DNA from: Octopus sinensis | Taxonomy: Eukaryota | Length of the DNA: 64,000 nucleotides | Assembly (NCBI RefSeq): GCF_006345805.1 | Contig: NC_043000.1 | Span: forward strand, 124,868,001-124,932,000 | Direction: 5' to 3' | Shown: one piece after another, positions 50,261 to 63,170 of the stretch | Position numbering within the stretch: position 1 is the stretch's first letter | Layout of the letters: every line of letters begins with the position of its first letter | Position numbers and translations under genes: made by a program | Notes under the pieces: generated by a model | Databases searched by the model: none | What the model saw: only the letters and a program-made list of their open reading frames with translations | What the model was told of the DNA's origin: nothing

Positions 50261-50749
50261 AATAATGATAATAATAATAAAAATAAATAAATAAATGAAT
50301 GAAATAAATAACAAAGTATACAAAATCATAACAGAACTTTTAGCAATGCTAGACATTGCTGATTATCATTATCTTAAAAAAAAGTATCATCATCATCATC
50401 ATTATTATTAGTTGGTTAGGTTAGAAAAGTCTTGTATAATATCACTAGGTTAGCATATATTAAACCAATATAGATCTTGGAATAGTTTTTGTTCACATAC
50501 ATTTTCCATATTGACAGAACATATCTTTTACATATGTTTTTTAATTAAGAAAACTTTTGACATAACATATACATGTGTAAGCTGTCAGCAATCTCTGAAC
50601 ACATGCTGACCAAATATTCTGATTTCTACATATTGTCTTCATGTCAAAATTCTTTCCAACAAAATAATTTATTAGAAGACCACTCTTGAGAATGGTAAAA
50701 TATTAAACAAAAATATCTATGGTGTGATGAGAAAAATAAATCATCTGGT

Positions 50750-50909
50750 GCAGGAATTGCTGTGTGGTAAGAAGTTTGCTTCCCAATCATATGGTTCTAG
50801 GTTCAGTCCCACTGCATGACACCTTGGGCAAGTGTTTTCTTCTATAGCTTCAGGCTGATCAAAGCCTTGTGAGTGGATCTGGTATACAGAAACTGAAAGA
50901 GGTCTGTCG

Positions 50910-50912
<3 letters not shown>
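50750..50912 (+). mobile_element. SINE family A, 5' half
   Basis: Homology. Confidence 0.85.
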
Positions 50913-50946
<34 letters not shown>

Positions 50947-51519
50947 TGGGTTAGCAACTAAGTTCCGGCTGTTTTTTTTTATTTTGGAATTTATTGCAGC
51001 ATTTGAACTTAGAATGTAAAGTTGAAAGAAATGCTGCTAAGCATTTTGTCCAGGATGGTAACAATTCTAGCAACTCACTGTCTTAGAGGAGTTAACCTCA
51101 ATGACAGAAAAATCCCCAAGCCAGGATCACAGTGAAGTCATGGGAAGCAATATGGCAGATGTGAAGTTGGGCATATTGATTTTCATTTGATGTTTGTTCT
51201 TCATTTGGCGAAACTACATGACACAGTCTGGGCAGAAGATCCTCTTCAAACAACGATCAGTCTAGGGTCAAGCAAACCAATTAAAGGATTACTGCCTGTT
51301 GATAGAACTGGTAATTCATCAAGGCCTTTGCCTTTCCCTTGGATAAAATCAGTGGCACAGAGAGGAGAGGATGTTATGCATGGGCGACTGCTGGTCTTCC
51401 ATAAACAACCTTACTCAGACTTGTGCCTTAGTAAGGAATTTGTAGGTGCGATCCCATGGTCATTCATGACCCAAGGGATTCTTTATCCTTACCCAATCAT
51501 CTCAAGTCACATTTCCATG

Positions 51520-51813
51520 AGGTGAGTATATTCTGTATCAATGTTTCCATGGAGATTGGTATCCAAATATATTTAAGGACTTTATTACAGACTGGAAGAT
51601 TAAAAGAACAACTAGCTTTGACTTGGAAATCAGTAGAATTATTAGTGAATTTGATATTGAAGAAATGTATGAGTTTCTTGGAGTAGAGGATCACAATTCC
51701 AATATGCCAACATGAAAGAGAAGCTTAGAAAAGAGTGATTCTTTTGAATTGAATTGGTCTTAAGAAAAGATGTCAATAGTAAGAATAAATCAAAACCATT
51801 GATTACTTGACTG

Positions 51814-51816
<3 letters not shown>
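51520..51816 (+). pseudogene. Older R4/Dong-like RT fragment
   Basis: GRLKRTTSFDLEISRIISEFDIEEMYEFLGV, corresponding to GKLI...IKELDQSQTYKYLG of the 48880 copy. Confidence 0.6.
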
Positions 51817-51857
<41 letters not shown>

Positions 51858-52214
51858 CATACAGTCTCATTGTAACTTGAAAGTAAATCCAAAATCAATC
51901 CTGGAAGAATTTGAAGTCAGACCTAGGAAACATGGAATGAGACACTGAAAGACATTTTGGCTACCTCTTGCCTTGTGTAGCCATCTCAACTGAACAAATA
52001 CCAAATGTTTGTTTACACACACACACATACATGCTTGTGTGTAATTATGCACACATGCACACATATGCACATATACAATTCCTTGTGGTTAGATCTCATA
52101 CACAATAAATAAGAGAAGCCTTTAGTATCAATTCACCCAGCCCACGATCAAACCATCAATCTATAACACACATACACACGCTTACACATGCACGTGTGCA
52201 TACACACACATGCA

Positions 52215-52252
<38 letters not shown>

Positions 52253-52540
52253 ACACACACACACACACAGATACACATGTAATGTATATATAGATGCAGG
52301 CATAGCTGTGTAGTTAAGAAGCATGCTTTACAACCACATGGTTTTGGGTTCAGTTCCATTGCACAGCCCATTGGAAAAGTATATTCCATGACAGCCCCAG
52401 ATCAATCAACGCAGTAGGACTGAACCCGGAGCCATGTGGCTGGTAAGCAAGCTACTTACCACACAGCCATTCCCGTACCTATATATATATAAATATTTTA
52501 CAATAACATAATATTATAAATATTTTATAATTATATACAT

Positions 52541-52740
52541 AATTATAACAAGGGATTGGCTACAAGCCTCTCCACATGCTGGAAAAATAGATGCCAAAAT
52601 ACACTATTACCACCTTAAAATCTCCAAGAATAACACACTGGGTTGTGTTATTCTCAGAGATTTTAATGTGGTAATAGTGTACTTTGGTATCTATTTTCCC
52701 AGCATCTAGAGAGGCTTGTAGCCAATCCCTTGTTATAATT
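52541..52740. repeat. 97-bp-arm fold-back palindrome (89/97 matched, 6-nt loop)
   Basis: Arms 52541-52637 and 52644-52740. Confidence 0.93.
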
Positions 52741-52855
52741 TTTATAAAATATTTGTAAAACTTACCTATAAGTTTTTTATTTTCATGCTGACCTCCTGAT
52801 AAAATCATTAATGATTTTTACTCTTTATTCTAATTAATATATATGTATATATATA

Positions 52856-53410
52856 TATAGCTTGCTTTCAAACCACATGGTTCCAGGTTCAGTCCCACTG
52901 CATGGCACCTCTGGCAAGTGTCTTCTACTGTAGCCTTTGGTAGACGGAAACTGAAAGAAGCCAGTTGTATATATGTATATATATATATCATCATCATCAT
53001 CATCATCATCATCGTTTAACATCCGTTTTCCATGCTGGCATGGGTTGGACGGTTCGACCGAGGATCTGGGAAGCCAGAAGGCTGCACCAGGCTCCAGTCT
53101 TATCTGGCAATGTTTCTACAGCTGGATGCCCTTCCTAACGCCAACCACTCCGTGAGTGTAGTGGGTGCTTTTTACGTGCCATATATATATATGTGTGTGT
53201 GTGTATGTGTATGTTTGTCACCCCAACATCACTTGACAACCAATGCTGGTGTGTTTACGTCCCCGTAATTTAGTGGTTCAGCAAAAGAGACCGATAGAAT
53301 AAGTACTAGGCTTACAAAGAATGAGTCCTGGGGTCGATTTGCTCGACTAAAGGCAGCACTCCAGCATGGCCACAATCAAATGACTGAAACAAGTAAAAGA
53401 GTAGAAGAGT
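52856..53410 (+). mobile_element. SINE family A interrupted in its linker by a family C copy (52990-53180, -)
   Basis: A 5' half, (TA)/(CAT)n, C on the minus strand, (TA/TG)n, A 3' half. Confidence 0.85.
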
Positions 53411-54519
53411 GATAATGATGATGATGAACTGTAACCAGTTATCCTTATCTGTCAGCATAGACGGTCCTAAAAAGCCTACAGGTTCCTTTCCTTTTCAGAC
53501 TAATTAACACTGAAATATTACTGGAGGAAATCTAGAACCATCTGCTGCGATAAAGAACCGTAAATTATACCAGTATCCTTGTATCAGAAGCATGATCCTA
53601 ATTGGTAATGGAACTTAGACAATGGAAGCAGACTTTTCCCTGAAGCTATATAGGAGTGATCTGAATATATTTTATTGCATATGTCTGTATCTGACATCTC
53701 AATTGAGTTGGGCGACGCTATGAGAGAAATATAGACAGCTGTAATGTTTGATATATATGACAGTAATGATAAATGCTTGCTAAGTAACCAGAAGTATTTG
53801 GATGTGTGTAATATTAGCTTGGGTAGAGTTAAGCTTATTGTGATGTGTAGTAAGGTAAGATAGGATGTGTAAAATTCTGATACATTTAATTGAATAAAAC
53901 AAATAATATGAAATAGCTCATGAATTAATAATATAGACATGACCAAATCAGTAAAATATAATTAAATATGATTAAATATGAGAAAAACAAGCACGATAAA
54001 CAGGATCATTACTTTCATGGTCATGGTAATGGTGATGAAGTTTACGAGTGATAAGTAGGTGGATGATGATGAAGAGGAGAGAAGGGGATGAAGAGGAGAG
54101 AAGTGGTGAAGAGAGAAAAGGTGGCGGGGAAAGGGATGAAATGGAGGGGAGAATGGTGAAGTGGAAGGGAGGAGGAAGGATGATGATGATGATGAGGAGG
54201 ATGTGGAGAAGTTGGACATTGTAGTGAATTTTTACACATAGAATATTCATATATTTACAATGAAATATTTATATATTTGTATTTTTACACTAAGTAAAAG
54301 CTGATTTTGGTGGCAAAATAAGTTCCGTTTTGTTTACCCCCCCTCGCCCCCAAGCACCACTCTAACAATTTATTTTAGTATTCGTCCTTTCACTTTCTTT
54401 CTCTTTCCTTTCTTTCATTGTTGTCATCCATTTTACCATTATCAGTGACATCATTGTTATTACCGTTATTTAAGATGATGACAACTTGTGTAAAAGGTGG
54501 GATATTTTTTATTGTCCAT

Positions 54520-54554
54520 AATAATAATAACATAATAATAATAATAATAATAAT

Positions 54555-54591
<37 letters not shown>

Positions 54592-54631
54592 GTAATAATG
54601 ATAATAATAGTAGTAGTAGTAGTAGTAGTAA

Positions 54632-54687
<56 letters not shown>

Positions 54688-54700
54688 ATAATAATAATAA
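54520..54700. repeat. (AAT)n > (AGT)n array
   Basis: Directly visible. Confidence 0.95.
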
Positions 54701-55394
54701 CCTTTTGAAGTTCTCAGTTGGTGGTTGTATAAAAGAATGTATCCGAAAATTGCTGTTCTTCAAAGTGGAACAAACCATTGTTTTATAAAACAATAGGATG
54801 AGATTTACCGTGCTCACACTGGTGTGTTTGTGTGTGTATATATAGTCCTCATCTCTCTATCTCTATCCCTCTTCTTCTCTCTCTTCCAACTCCTAGAATG
54901 GAATAATAGAAGAAAAGATAATGAAAGGTAACAGTTCGATATTGTTTCTCAGTTTATTATTATTTCATTAAAATTTTTTTTCAGTAAATGTTTTAAGATA
55001 ATTGAAGCATTCAAAGATTAAACAGGAAGAAAAACTGAGATTTATCAATTGAAAGTAAATTATTTTGTGTGTACAATTGATTATTACAAAGATTGTTAAA
55101 GGAATGTTAAGGAAAAGAGTGGGAGTAGCAGTCTTTGAATCTTTCTTTGTAATCCATTTCTTCAATTGATGCTGTTGGATTTCTTTTAAACTTATTCTGA
55201 GTCTCTTTAGAAACCACAACAGTTTGGCGGTACTAAAACTAAAAACCGATTCAGTTTTGTGTAAGAATGCAGATATGGCAGATTGGTTAAGAATTTCGTC
55301 AGGTAGCCAGGTTTGGTCTCGTTGCAGTGATTTCAGGAGAATCTGGGGCAAGCATCTTTTGCCATAGCCTCAAGTTAACTCAAGTCTTGTGAAT

Positions 55395-55725
55395 TAAGAT
55401 CATCATCATCATCAAGGTCACCATCATTGTCATAATCATCATCATTGTCATCAACATTGTCATTACCATACTCATCATCATCAACATCATCATCATCATC
55501 ATCATCATCGTTGCCGTCATTATCATCGTCATCATTGTCATCATCATCATCATTATCATCATCATAATCATCATCATCATCGTCGTCATCATCGTCATCA
55601 TCATCATCATTGTCATCATCATCATCATCATCATCATCATCGTCGTCGTCGTCATCATCGTCATCATTGTCGTCATCATTGTTGTTGTCATCATCGTTGT
55701 CATCGTCATCATCATCATCATCATC
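55395..55725. repeat. (CAT/CGT)n array
   Basis: Directly visible. Confidence 0.95.
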
Positions 55726-55974
55726 TTTACATCTGTTTTTCCATGCTTCTTATGGTTGATAAATAAAACACCAGTTTTATACTGGGGCTGATTCTTTTCT
55801 TACTCTCAATATTTCTTTCTGTCTTCCTGTCTTCTGGAGGAAATTAGAGAAAGATGGGTTCCCCCAGGTCTAAGACATATGTTTAAGACATGTCATTTAT
55901 CACAACAACATCCTACAACGCCATCAAGGTGTTGAGGGCGCTAAGCAAGACTTTTGAACTTAATTCAATCTTTT

Positions 55975-56685
55975 ATCATTTGCCTTTCACTTGTGTCAGT
56001 AATTAGACTGTGGCCATGCTGGGGCACCACCTTTGAAGAATATTTAGGCAAATGATTCATCCCAAGTACTTATTCTTTTTGAAGCTTGGTAATATTTTGT
56101 TGGTCTCTTTTGCTGAACCATTATGTTATGGGGACATAAACACACCAGCACTGGTTGTCAGGCAGTGGAGGAGGGCAAACTCAGACACAAAAACACACAC
56201 ACAAACACACATACGTATGTGTATATATATATAAACACACACACATACGCATATATATATATATATAATATATATATATATATACAACAAGCTTCTTTTA
56301 ATTTCTTATTTCTTTATTGCCCACAAGGGGCTAAACATAGAGAGGACACACAAGGATAGACAAAGAGGTTAAGTTGATTACATCGACCCCAGTGTGTAAC
56401 TAGTACTTAATTTATCAACCCCAAAAGGATGAAAGGCAAAGTCGAACTTGGCAGAATTTGAACTCAGAACGTAACGGCAGACGAAATACCGCTAAGCATT
56501 TCGCCCGGCGTGCTAACCTTTCTACCAGCTCGCCGCCTTATTTTAGTTTCTGTCTACCAAATCCATTAAGTCTTTGGTTGGCCAGAAGCTATAAGAAAAG
56601 ACACTTGTCTGAAGTGCCACATGTTGGGACTGAACCCAGAATCATGTGGTTGGGAAGCAAGCTTCTTACCACATGGCCATGCTTG
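55975..56685 (-). mobile_element. SINE family A interrupted by family B (56307-56540, -) with an 11-bp TSD
   Basis: TTTTAATTTCT at 56296-56306 and TTTTAGTTTCT at 56541-56551. Confidence 0.85.
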
Positions 56686-58483
56686 ATATTTTTGATCAGT
56701 TTTAACCATCAAATTGGATATGTTGTTAGATCCACATCCTATTCATCTCTGGAAGAGTTGAATGATTTTGACAAATGATTATAGCACACAGTTAAATATT
56801 GCAAAGTTAAAAAAAAAGCTGATAGTGTTTGCAGTTGTGAATTTTAGTCCAATTAGAATTGATTTAAATCTTCCTTTTCCAAAAAGCACCTAGAATTTTC
56901 TGGAATATGTAATCACATTGGTGAACAATTAAATTAAAAGCAACACATATATTTGTATTTCTGATTAGCATCGCAAATTTAGTTTCAAAAATTTGTTTCT
57001 AAAGCCCAGCTATGTCTCTGATCTATCATAAACCTTAGAAAAATATGACATTCAGCACATGTGCAGCTGTTGGTTGACTTAGTATAGCTAAGTCTTTAAT
57101 TGGTTTAACTAAGTTGAAATACTCTTTACTCCTTTCATGGCCTTTATTTGAAATTATTCTTATCTATTTTTCAGATATTATCACAACCAAATTTTCACTG
57201 CACATTTTGAAACTGTACAGACTTTCAATATTTTAATTATATTTTTCTTTTATTTTTTCTTTTGTGAATTTGACAAAACCACATATCTATTTTTAAGATA
57301 GCTGTTTAAAACTTCAATCATTAAAGGTTACAAAAGAAAAATTTAAAAGAAATAAAGCATAAAAAATTGAATGTTAAAAGTGTGAAGATTTTTTCCCATT
57401 GGCTGATCATTTGAGTGGACACAGGAAATGGTTGAATTATTTCCTCCATGTTGTCATGGTTTTGTAAATTTATTTATTTATTTATTTATTTATATTTTCT
57501 TTCTTTTCCTTTTGCTCAAAAGCTAATATCAATATCAACTAATTTTATTCATGAACAGAAAACTCAATAAAGAATACTAACTTTAAAAATAATTTTCAAA
57601 ATGTCGACTCTTCAAAAATGAACAAGAGAAAGTTATTATTCTACTTCTTCTAAAAATAAAAACTAATTAAATATTAGTTTTGAAATTTTTTTCTCTCTCT
57701 CTCTCTTTGCTTGTATCTTTAAAAAGACAGGCAACAACATAAATATAATACTTGTACAAATCCTCTGCCTTCTCCTGCTCATCATCATCATCCTTGGTAG
57801 CTGTGGCGCCAATGGTATTGTAGTCGTCACCACTGCCACAGCTACTGCCACCACCACTACCACCACCATCGTCATTGTTTTAACAAATTTTTCCATGCCA
57901 GCAGGGTTGGATAGGTGTGCAGTACAGTAAATCCCAGCACATCGTGTCAATGAATTCTACATTTCTGAGATTCTTACAACCTGCGTTGTCTTCCTCCATC
58001 TTATGCTAACGCACATGCTTTCTGCCATCAGCAGTTTTATTATTTTCTCTTTACCTGGTACTCATATCCATTTATATTATAGTTATCTCTTGTATCAACA
58101 CAATTGTCTCTTCTTCATAAATCAGTCGATGCATTTAAACTCCATTTGAACTTCTTGTATGCTGCTTTCATTCTATTTAATATTAAACATTCCTAGAATC
58201 ATAACCAACTCATTTCTCCTTGGCTTTTGCATTAAATGCCAACAGCTCATGCAATATCATGTAATATCACATAATATCATGCAGCATCATGCAATGTCAT
58301 ATTTATCATGCATTTTCCCAAACTGACTTTGCTCTGTAGGGAAAACAGAAATAACAGCTTTCTCGCCATCTACATTTTCTTTCTTGTACCTATAACACCT
58401 TCAATAAAACCATTCCTGAAAACACACAGGTAGTAGAAGCTATCTATAAATATATACTGCATCTTATGAGCCATTTGAACAGT

Positions 58484-58707
58484 TTAACTCTTTAGCATTT
58501 AAACCATTCATTTCTGGCTCAAATATTCTACTTGTTTTATTTTTGAACTTGTCAGATCCAGACTCTTACACCAATCCTACAATGTAATTCTAAAAATAAT
58601 CAAATCATTGACATCCCAGAACTACAAGATAATGCATGATTAATTCAAAACAATCTGAATAAGCAAGTGATACATTTAACAGCGTAATTTGAATGCTAAA
58701 AGATTAA
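58484..58707. mobile_element. piggyBac-type MITE (TTAA-flanked)
   Basis: TTAA-CTCTTTAGCATT ... AATGCTAAAAGA-TTAA. Confidence 0.72.
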
Positions 58708-58954
58708 TAGCTTTATTACATATTGTTATTATGCAAAAATGTCGTAAGTCCAAAAACATTGCTTTTTCAGAAAATGAAAAAATAGCTTCACTATTCCATT
58801 TCTTTTTACGTTAGCAACAGTTTCAGCTTAACAATAATACTTTGTTGGGTGCATAGAATCATAATTCCATGCTTGTATGATATTTTCAGTTGGAAATACT
58901 TTTGCAAAAGTGTCGTATATGGGACTTACTACACTTTTGAAAAATGCTAAACAG

Positions 58955-59380
58955 TTGTACAGGAGTGGCTGTGTGCTAAGTAGCTTGCTTATGAACTACA
59001 TGTTTCTGGGTTCAGTCCCACTGCGTGGCACTTTGGGCAAGTGTCTTCTACTATAGCCTCAGGCCAACCAAAGCCTTGTGAGTGGATTTAGTAGACAGAA
59101 ACTGAAAGAAGCCCGTTGTATGTATATATATATATATATATATATGTACGTTTGTGTGTATATGTTTGTGTGTCTCTGTTTGTCCCCCCAACATCGTTCA
59201 GCAACCGATGCTAGTGTGTTTATGTCCCTGTAACTTAGCGGTTTGGCAAGAGCCCAATAGAATAAGTACTAGGCTTACAAAGAATAAGTCCTGGGGTTGA
59301 TATGCTCGACTAAAGGCGGTGCTCCAGCATGGCCACAGTCAAATGATTTAAACAGGTAAAGGAATAAAAGAGTAAAAGAG
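58955..59380 (+). mobile_element. SINE family A, full length
   Basis: Homology. Confidence 0.92.
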
Positions 59381-59538
59381 TACACTTTGACAATTTTCAT
59401 ATCTTGGCATCTGCAGCAGTTGGCGATATGACAGTTTAACCAAAAGAACCAGTTATTGCAAGCAAGATTAAATATTGAACAAAAATGTATTTGGTCAAAT
59501 TTGGACATACAGCAGTTTAACATAAAAGCAACAACGTG

Positions 59539-59827
59539 TGCAGTAATCCCTTGACTATCATGGGTGTTATGTTCCAAAACCTCCCATAGAAATAATCAAA
59601 ATCTAAAAAAATATAAATACTTATCAGCCACAGAAACCAATGATATACTGAGGAGTCCACAATATGTTGAGGACTCTGCGATATAAGTTTACATATTTTA
59701 GCCAGAAAAATCCACGATGTACTGAGTACACGATAGGTCAACCACGATGTACTGAGTGCATGATAGGTGAACCATGATGTACTGAGTGTGTGATAGGTGA
59801 ACTGTGTTATGGCAAGGGATGACTGTA
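59539..59827. mobile_element. Tigger/pogo-like MITE containing 3 x 30-bp tandem repeats (59712-59802)
   Basis: TIR-like CAGTAATCCCTTG / CAAGGGATGACTG, right-hand TA. Confidence 0.72.
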
Positions 59828-62199
59828 GTTCAATTGTTAACCACTCAGACACTTATTACTTCTGAAATCCTGGTTCTCTGTAAGTTTGACTGAGATCTCA
59901 CAGTGTCTTCGATATAGTAATTGTTAGCATAAAGTACACAGTGTACTTCAATTGTTAGCATGAAGTACACGGTATGGAGGTTCAATTCCCAGTTGGGACT
60001 TCACAATTTGGTTTCCTTTAACCTTTATTATCAGAAGAGTAGAAAGAATCTATCAAAGACTATGAAATTTTAAACCAAAGTCTGTTTTTATCAACTTAGA
60101 TATTTTGGTAAAATTTCAGCTTCATTGAATTAAAAAGTTTTTGTCTTCTTGACAGGTCTGCATTTGAACTCTGAATGAATGTACTGCTTTTACTCCATCA
60201 CATAAGAAAAATACATGTTTATAAAATAATTTTGCAACAAAAGGATAATACTTTACATGTTTTTTATGATTTTTGTTTTTTCATGTAGGCAACTAGACGT
60301 AAAAATATTAAAATGATCACAATAACCTCATGGTGTATGCATGTGTGTGTGTGTTTGTGTGCATGCATGTATGTGTGAGTGTGTGTGTGCATGTGTGCAT
60401 GTGTGTGTGTTTGTGTCTGCATTTATCCTCCACGACCACATGGCAACTGTTGCTGGTGTGTTGACATCCCCATAACTTAGCAGTTTGGCAAAAAGTGCCT
60501 TGATTGACCTACAGTTATAGTTAAATGACATTTATCCAAGATAACCAGAGTGGGATCAAACTTGGGACCTTCTGATTGTCAAACAAACTACCTAAGCATT
60601 CAGCCATGCTGTGTTCATTTAGCTAGTGCATCACTGCATGTTCAAGATTGCATCTCACATTTTGTTGCCAATTTAACATTTATTCTATATATTTCTTGTT
60701 GGAAGAAATGTTTAACATCAACTCTGCCGGGATTTAAAATACAGAATCATTGGTTACAAACTAGCTATTAGCAAACATTAATCCCATCTTGCCTGGCTTT
60801 ACTTCTCTTATGCAAGTGTAGTCTTATACAGGTCATAACTTTTACATAAGTGAAAACCATCTATATTCATTTATCTGTGTAATATATCTTTATAGATCTC
60901 TCAGTATAGCTAAACAAACCTACATTCACTTCTTTCTGAAAGGGAATATATGAGTTAACTTATGAAGCACATTTATATTTGTCTTTTATCTTCTAAGACT
61001 CATGCATTTTGCGTATCTATTATATGTTCTTATGATGTTGGCAACTGTCATATGAACAAGTAAATTCATGTGCTATGTTTGCTCTATGTATAAATCTTAA
61101 CACATGGCTGACAATACTCTCTGTGTGGAATACAACCACACCAAAATAAAGCCATCCGGATACAAATAATAATAAAAAAAGAGAGAGAAGGCAAAGAATT
61201 AACCGAGTGTGCTTTAACAGATAATCACCTTAAGATTTTAACTTTCATAGTTATTGTAGTCACTTGAAATGGTATGACATAAAATACCAATCATAACCAA
61301 CTACTAGTGTAGATTTTAATCTCACAACATCAGATATGCACGTAACTAGAATATGCTGGAGTTAATATCACAGCATAGTTAAGAAATCTTGAAAGTCATT
61401 GAAGTACACTTGAGATGTAGACAAAATTATTGGAAAATACTTTTATACTTTCAGTACTGTAAGTTCTCCAAGTTGGGAAAAAAGTAATAAAACTTGAGAA
61501 CAAACTATTAAAAATACATCATAAAACAGGCCAACAGGTCTCAGTAAAACATGTTTATACTTGTTCCAGTCATTTAACTATGGCCATGCTGGGGCACTGC
61601 CTTGAAGAACTTTTAGATGAATGAATCAACCCCAGGACTTATTCTTTGTAAGCCTAGTACTTAGTCTATTGGTATCTTTTGCTGAACTGCTCAGTTATGG
61701 AGGATGTAAACACACCAACACCAGTTGATAATGAGTGGTGGAGGACAAGCACATATATAAAGACACACACACATATATTCATATATATATATATATATGA
61801 TATATTTTGAACACTTTCATGTAAACTGCTTAAACAAAAAGCCCCTCTTAATATTTTCTTATCATTCATTGTCAAAGATTCTATTTCTTAACATTTTCTT
61901 ATCATTATCAAAGGCTGTATAAATGTATTTGAATACAATTATGATAACCATTTTTTAACACAACAAAGCTTATGCAAAGCTTTACACTTTACTTTTGATA
62001 ATCTCTTTTTAAAAAAGTAAAACCGGTGAAGTTGATAAACATCTTTAAAATACCTCTGCATTTTCAAAACCTCTTTTCTATACACACACACACATACATA
62101 CATATATATAAAAAGTAAACACAAATGGTGTTTAAAATTTACAGCAGCTGTTTCATTAGAATTTTACTGATGCATTCATAGAAGATTACGTCATGATCC

Positions 62200-62400
62200 T
62201 GATCATCATCATCATCATCCTTTAACATCCATTTTCTTTACTGGCATGGGTTGAACAGTTTGACCGAAAACTGCTAAGCTGGGGAGCTGCACCAGATTCC
62301 AATCTGATTTAACATGGTTTCTACAACTGGATGCCCTTCCTAAAACCAACCACTACAAGAGTGTAGTGGGTGCTTTTTATGTGTCACTGGTACAAGTGCC
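62200..62400 (-). mobile_element. Family C copy
   Basis: Homology. Confidence 0.82.
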
Positions 62401-62731
62401 AGTTATGAAACAGCAGCATTTTCACTCGTGTGGTACCTTGCAAGCTTACTTTGTTATATATATATATATATATATATACCACTTCCCGGACCCACATTTT
62501 CACACCTACACATACACATATGCACACGTCAAGATCACCAGCCCTCTTCCACACACACATACAAATTCTCTTATACACATGCACGTGTACCTTCGTTTTG
62601 GGATCACCACTACTTTATTATCTCCCCTTCGCCCTAGCTCTCCTGTGTGACCCTTCTGTCCAGCATTCACCATGATAGATCTCTAGCCACTACACATTCA
62701 CTATTTTCTCTCCTTGTTTCTTTCTGTGTTC

Positions 62732-62767
62732 CTTTCTGTGGAAGGGTGTAGGCTCGAAACGTTAAAG
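62732..62767 (+). ncRNA. Minimal type I hammerhead-like motif in a probable Penelope-like terminus (about 62580-62850)
   Basis: CTTT-CTGTGGA-A-GGGT-GTAG-GCTC-GAAAC-GTT-AAAG: stems I and II pair, palindromic AACGTT stem III, core A6>U; followed by (TA)n. Confidence 0.5.
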
Positions 62768-62856
62768 ACTTTTACACTTCCTGAGCATTATACTAATACA
62801 TCTGTTTGTTGTCTACACCACCTGTTTTCGTCTTTCGCTTTTTTGTGAATTCTCCC

Positions 62857-62913
<57 letters not shown>

Positions 62914-62924
62914 TATATATATAT

Positions 62925-63170
62925 ATCATCATCGTCATTATCATCATTTAACATCTATTTCCATACTGGCATGTGTTTGATGGTTCAAAAAGAGCAGGTA
63001 AGCCAGAGAGCTACACCAAGCTCCATTTATCTATTTTGGCAAAGTTTCTACAGCTGAATGTCCTTCCTTATGCCAACCAATTTACAGAGTGTACTGAGTG
63101 CTCTTATGTGGCAACAGCACTGATGCTTCCTATGTGGCACCAGCACCAGCACCAGCAGTGTCACCAAGTT
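62925..63170 (-). mobile_element. Family C copy (diverged)
   Basis: Homology. Confidence 0.75.

Noticed and set aside
51300-51360. Twister-like words (CCC...GGATAAAA...GTGG)
   Set aside because: The required pseudoknot and GCCGGUCCCAAGCCC-type core are not present; more likely an unclassified LINE 3' UTR (GGTCAT-TC-ATGACC stem near 51460)
58035-58165. Minus-strand segment with a GTAAAG donor
   Set aside because: Stops in all frames; resembles decayed LINE endonuclease sequence
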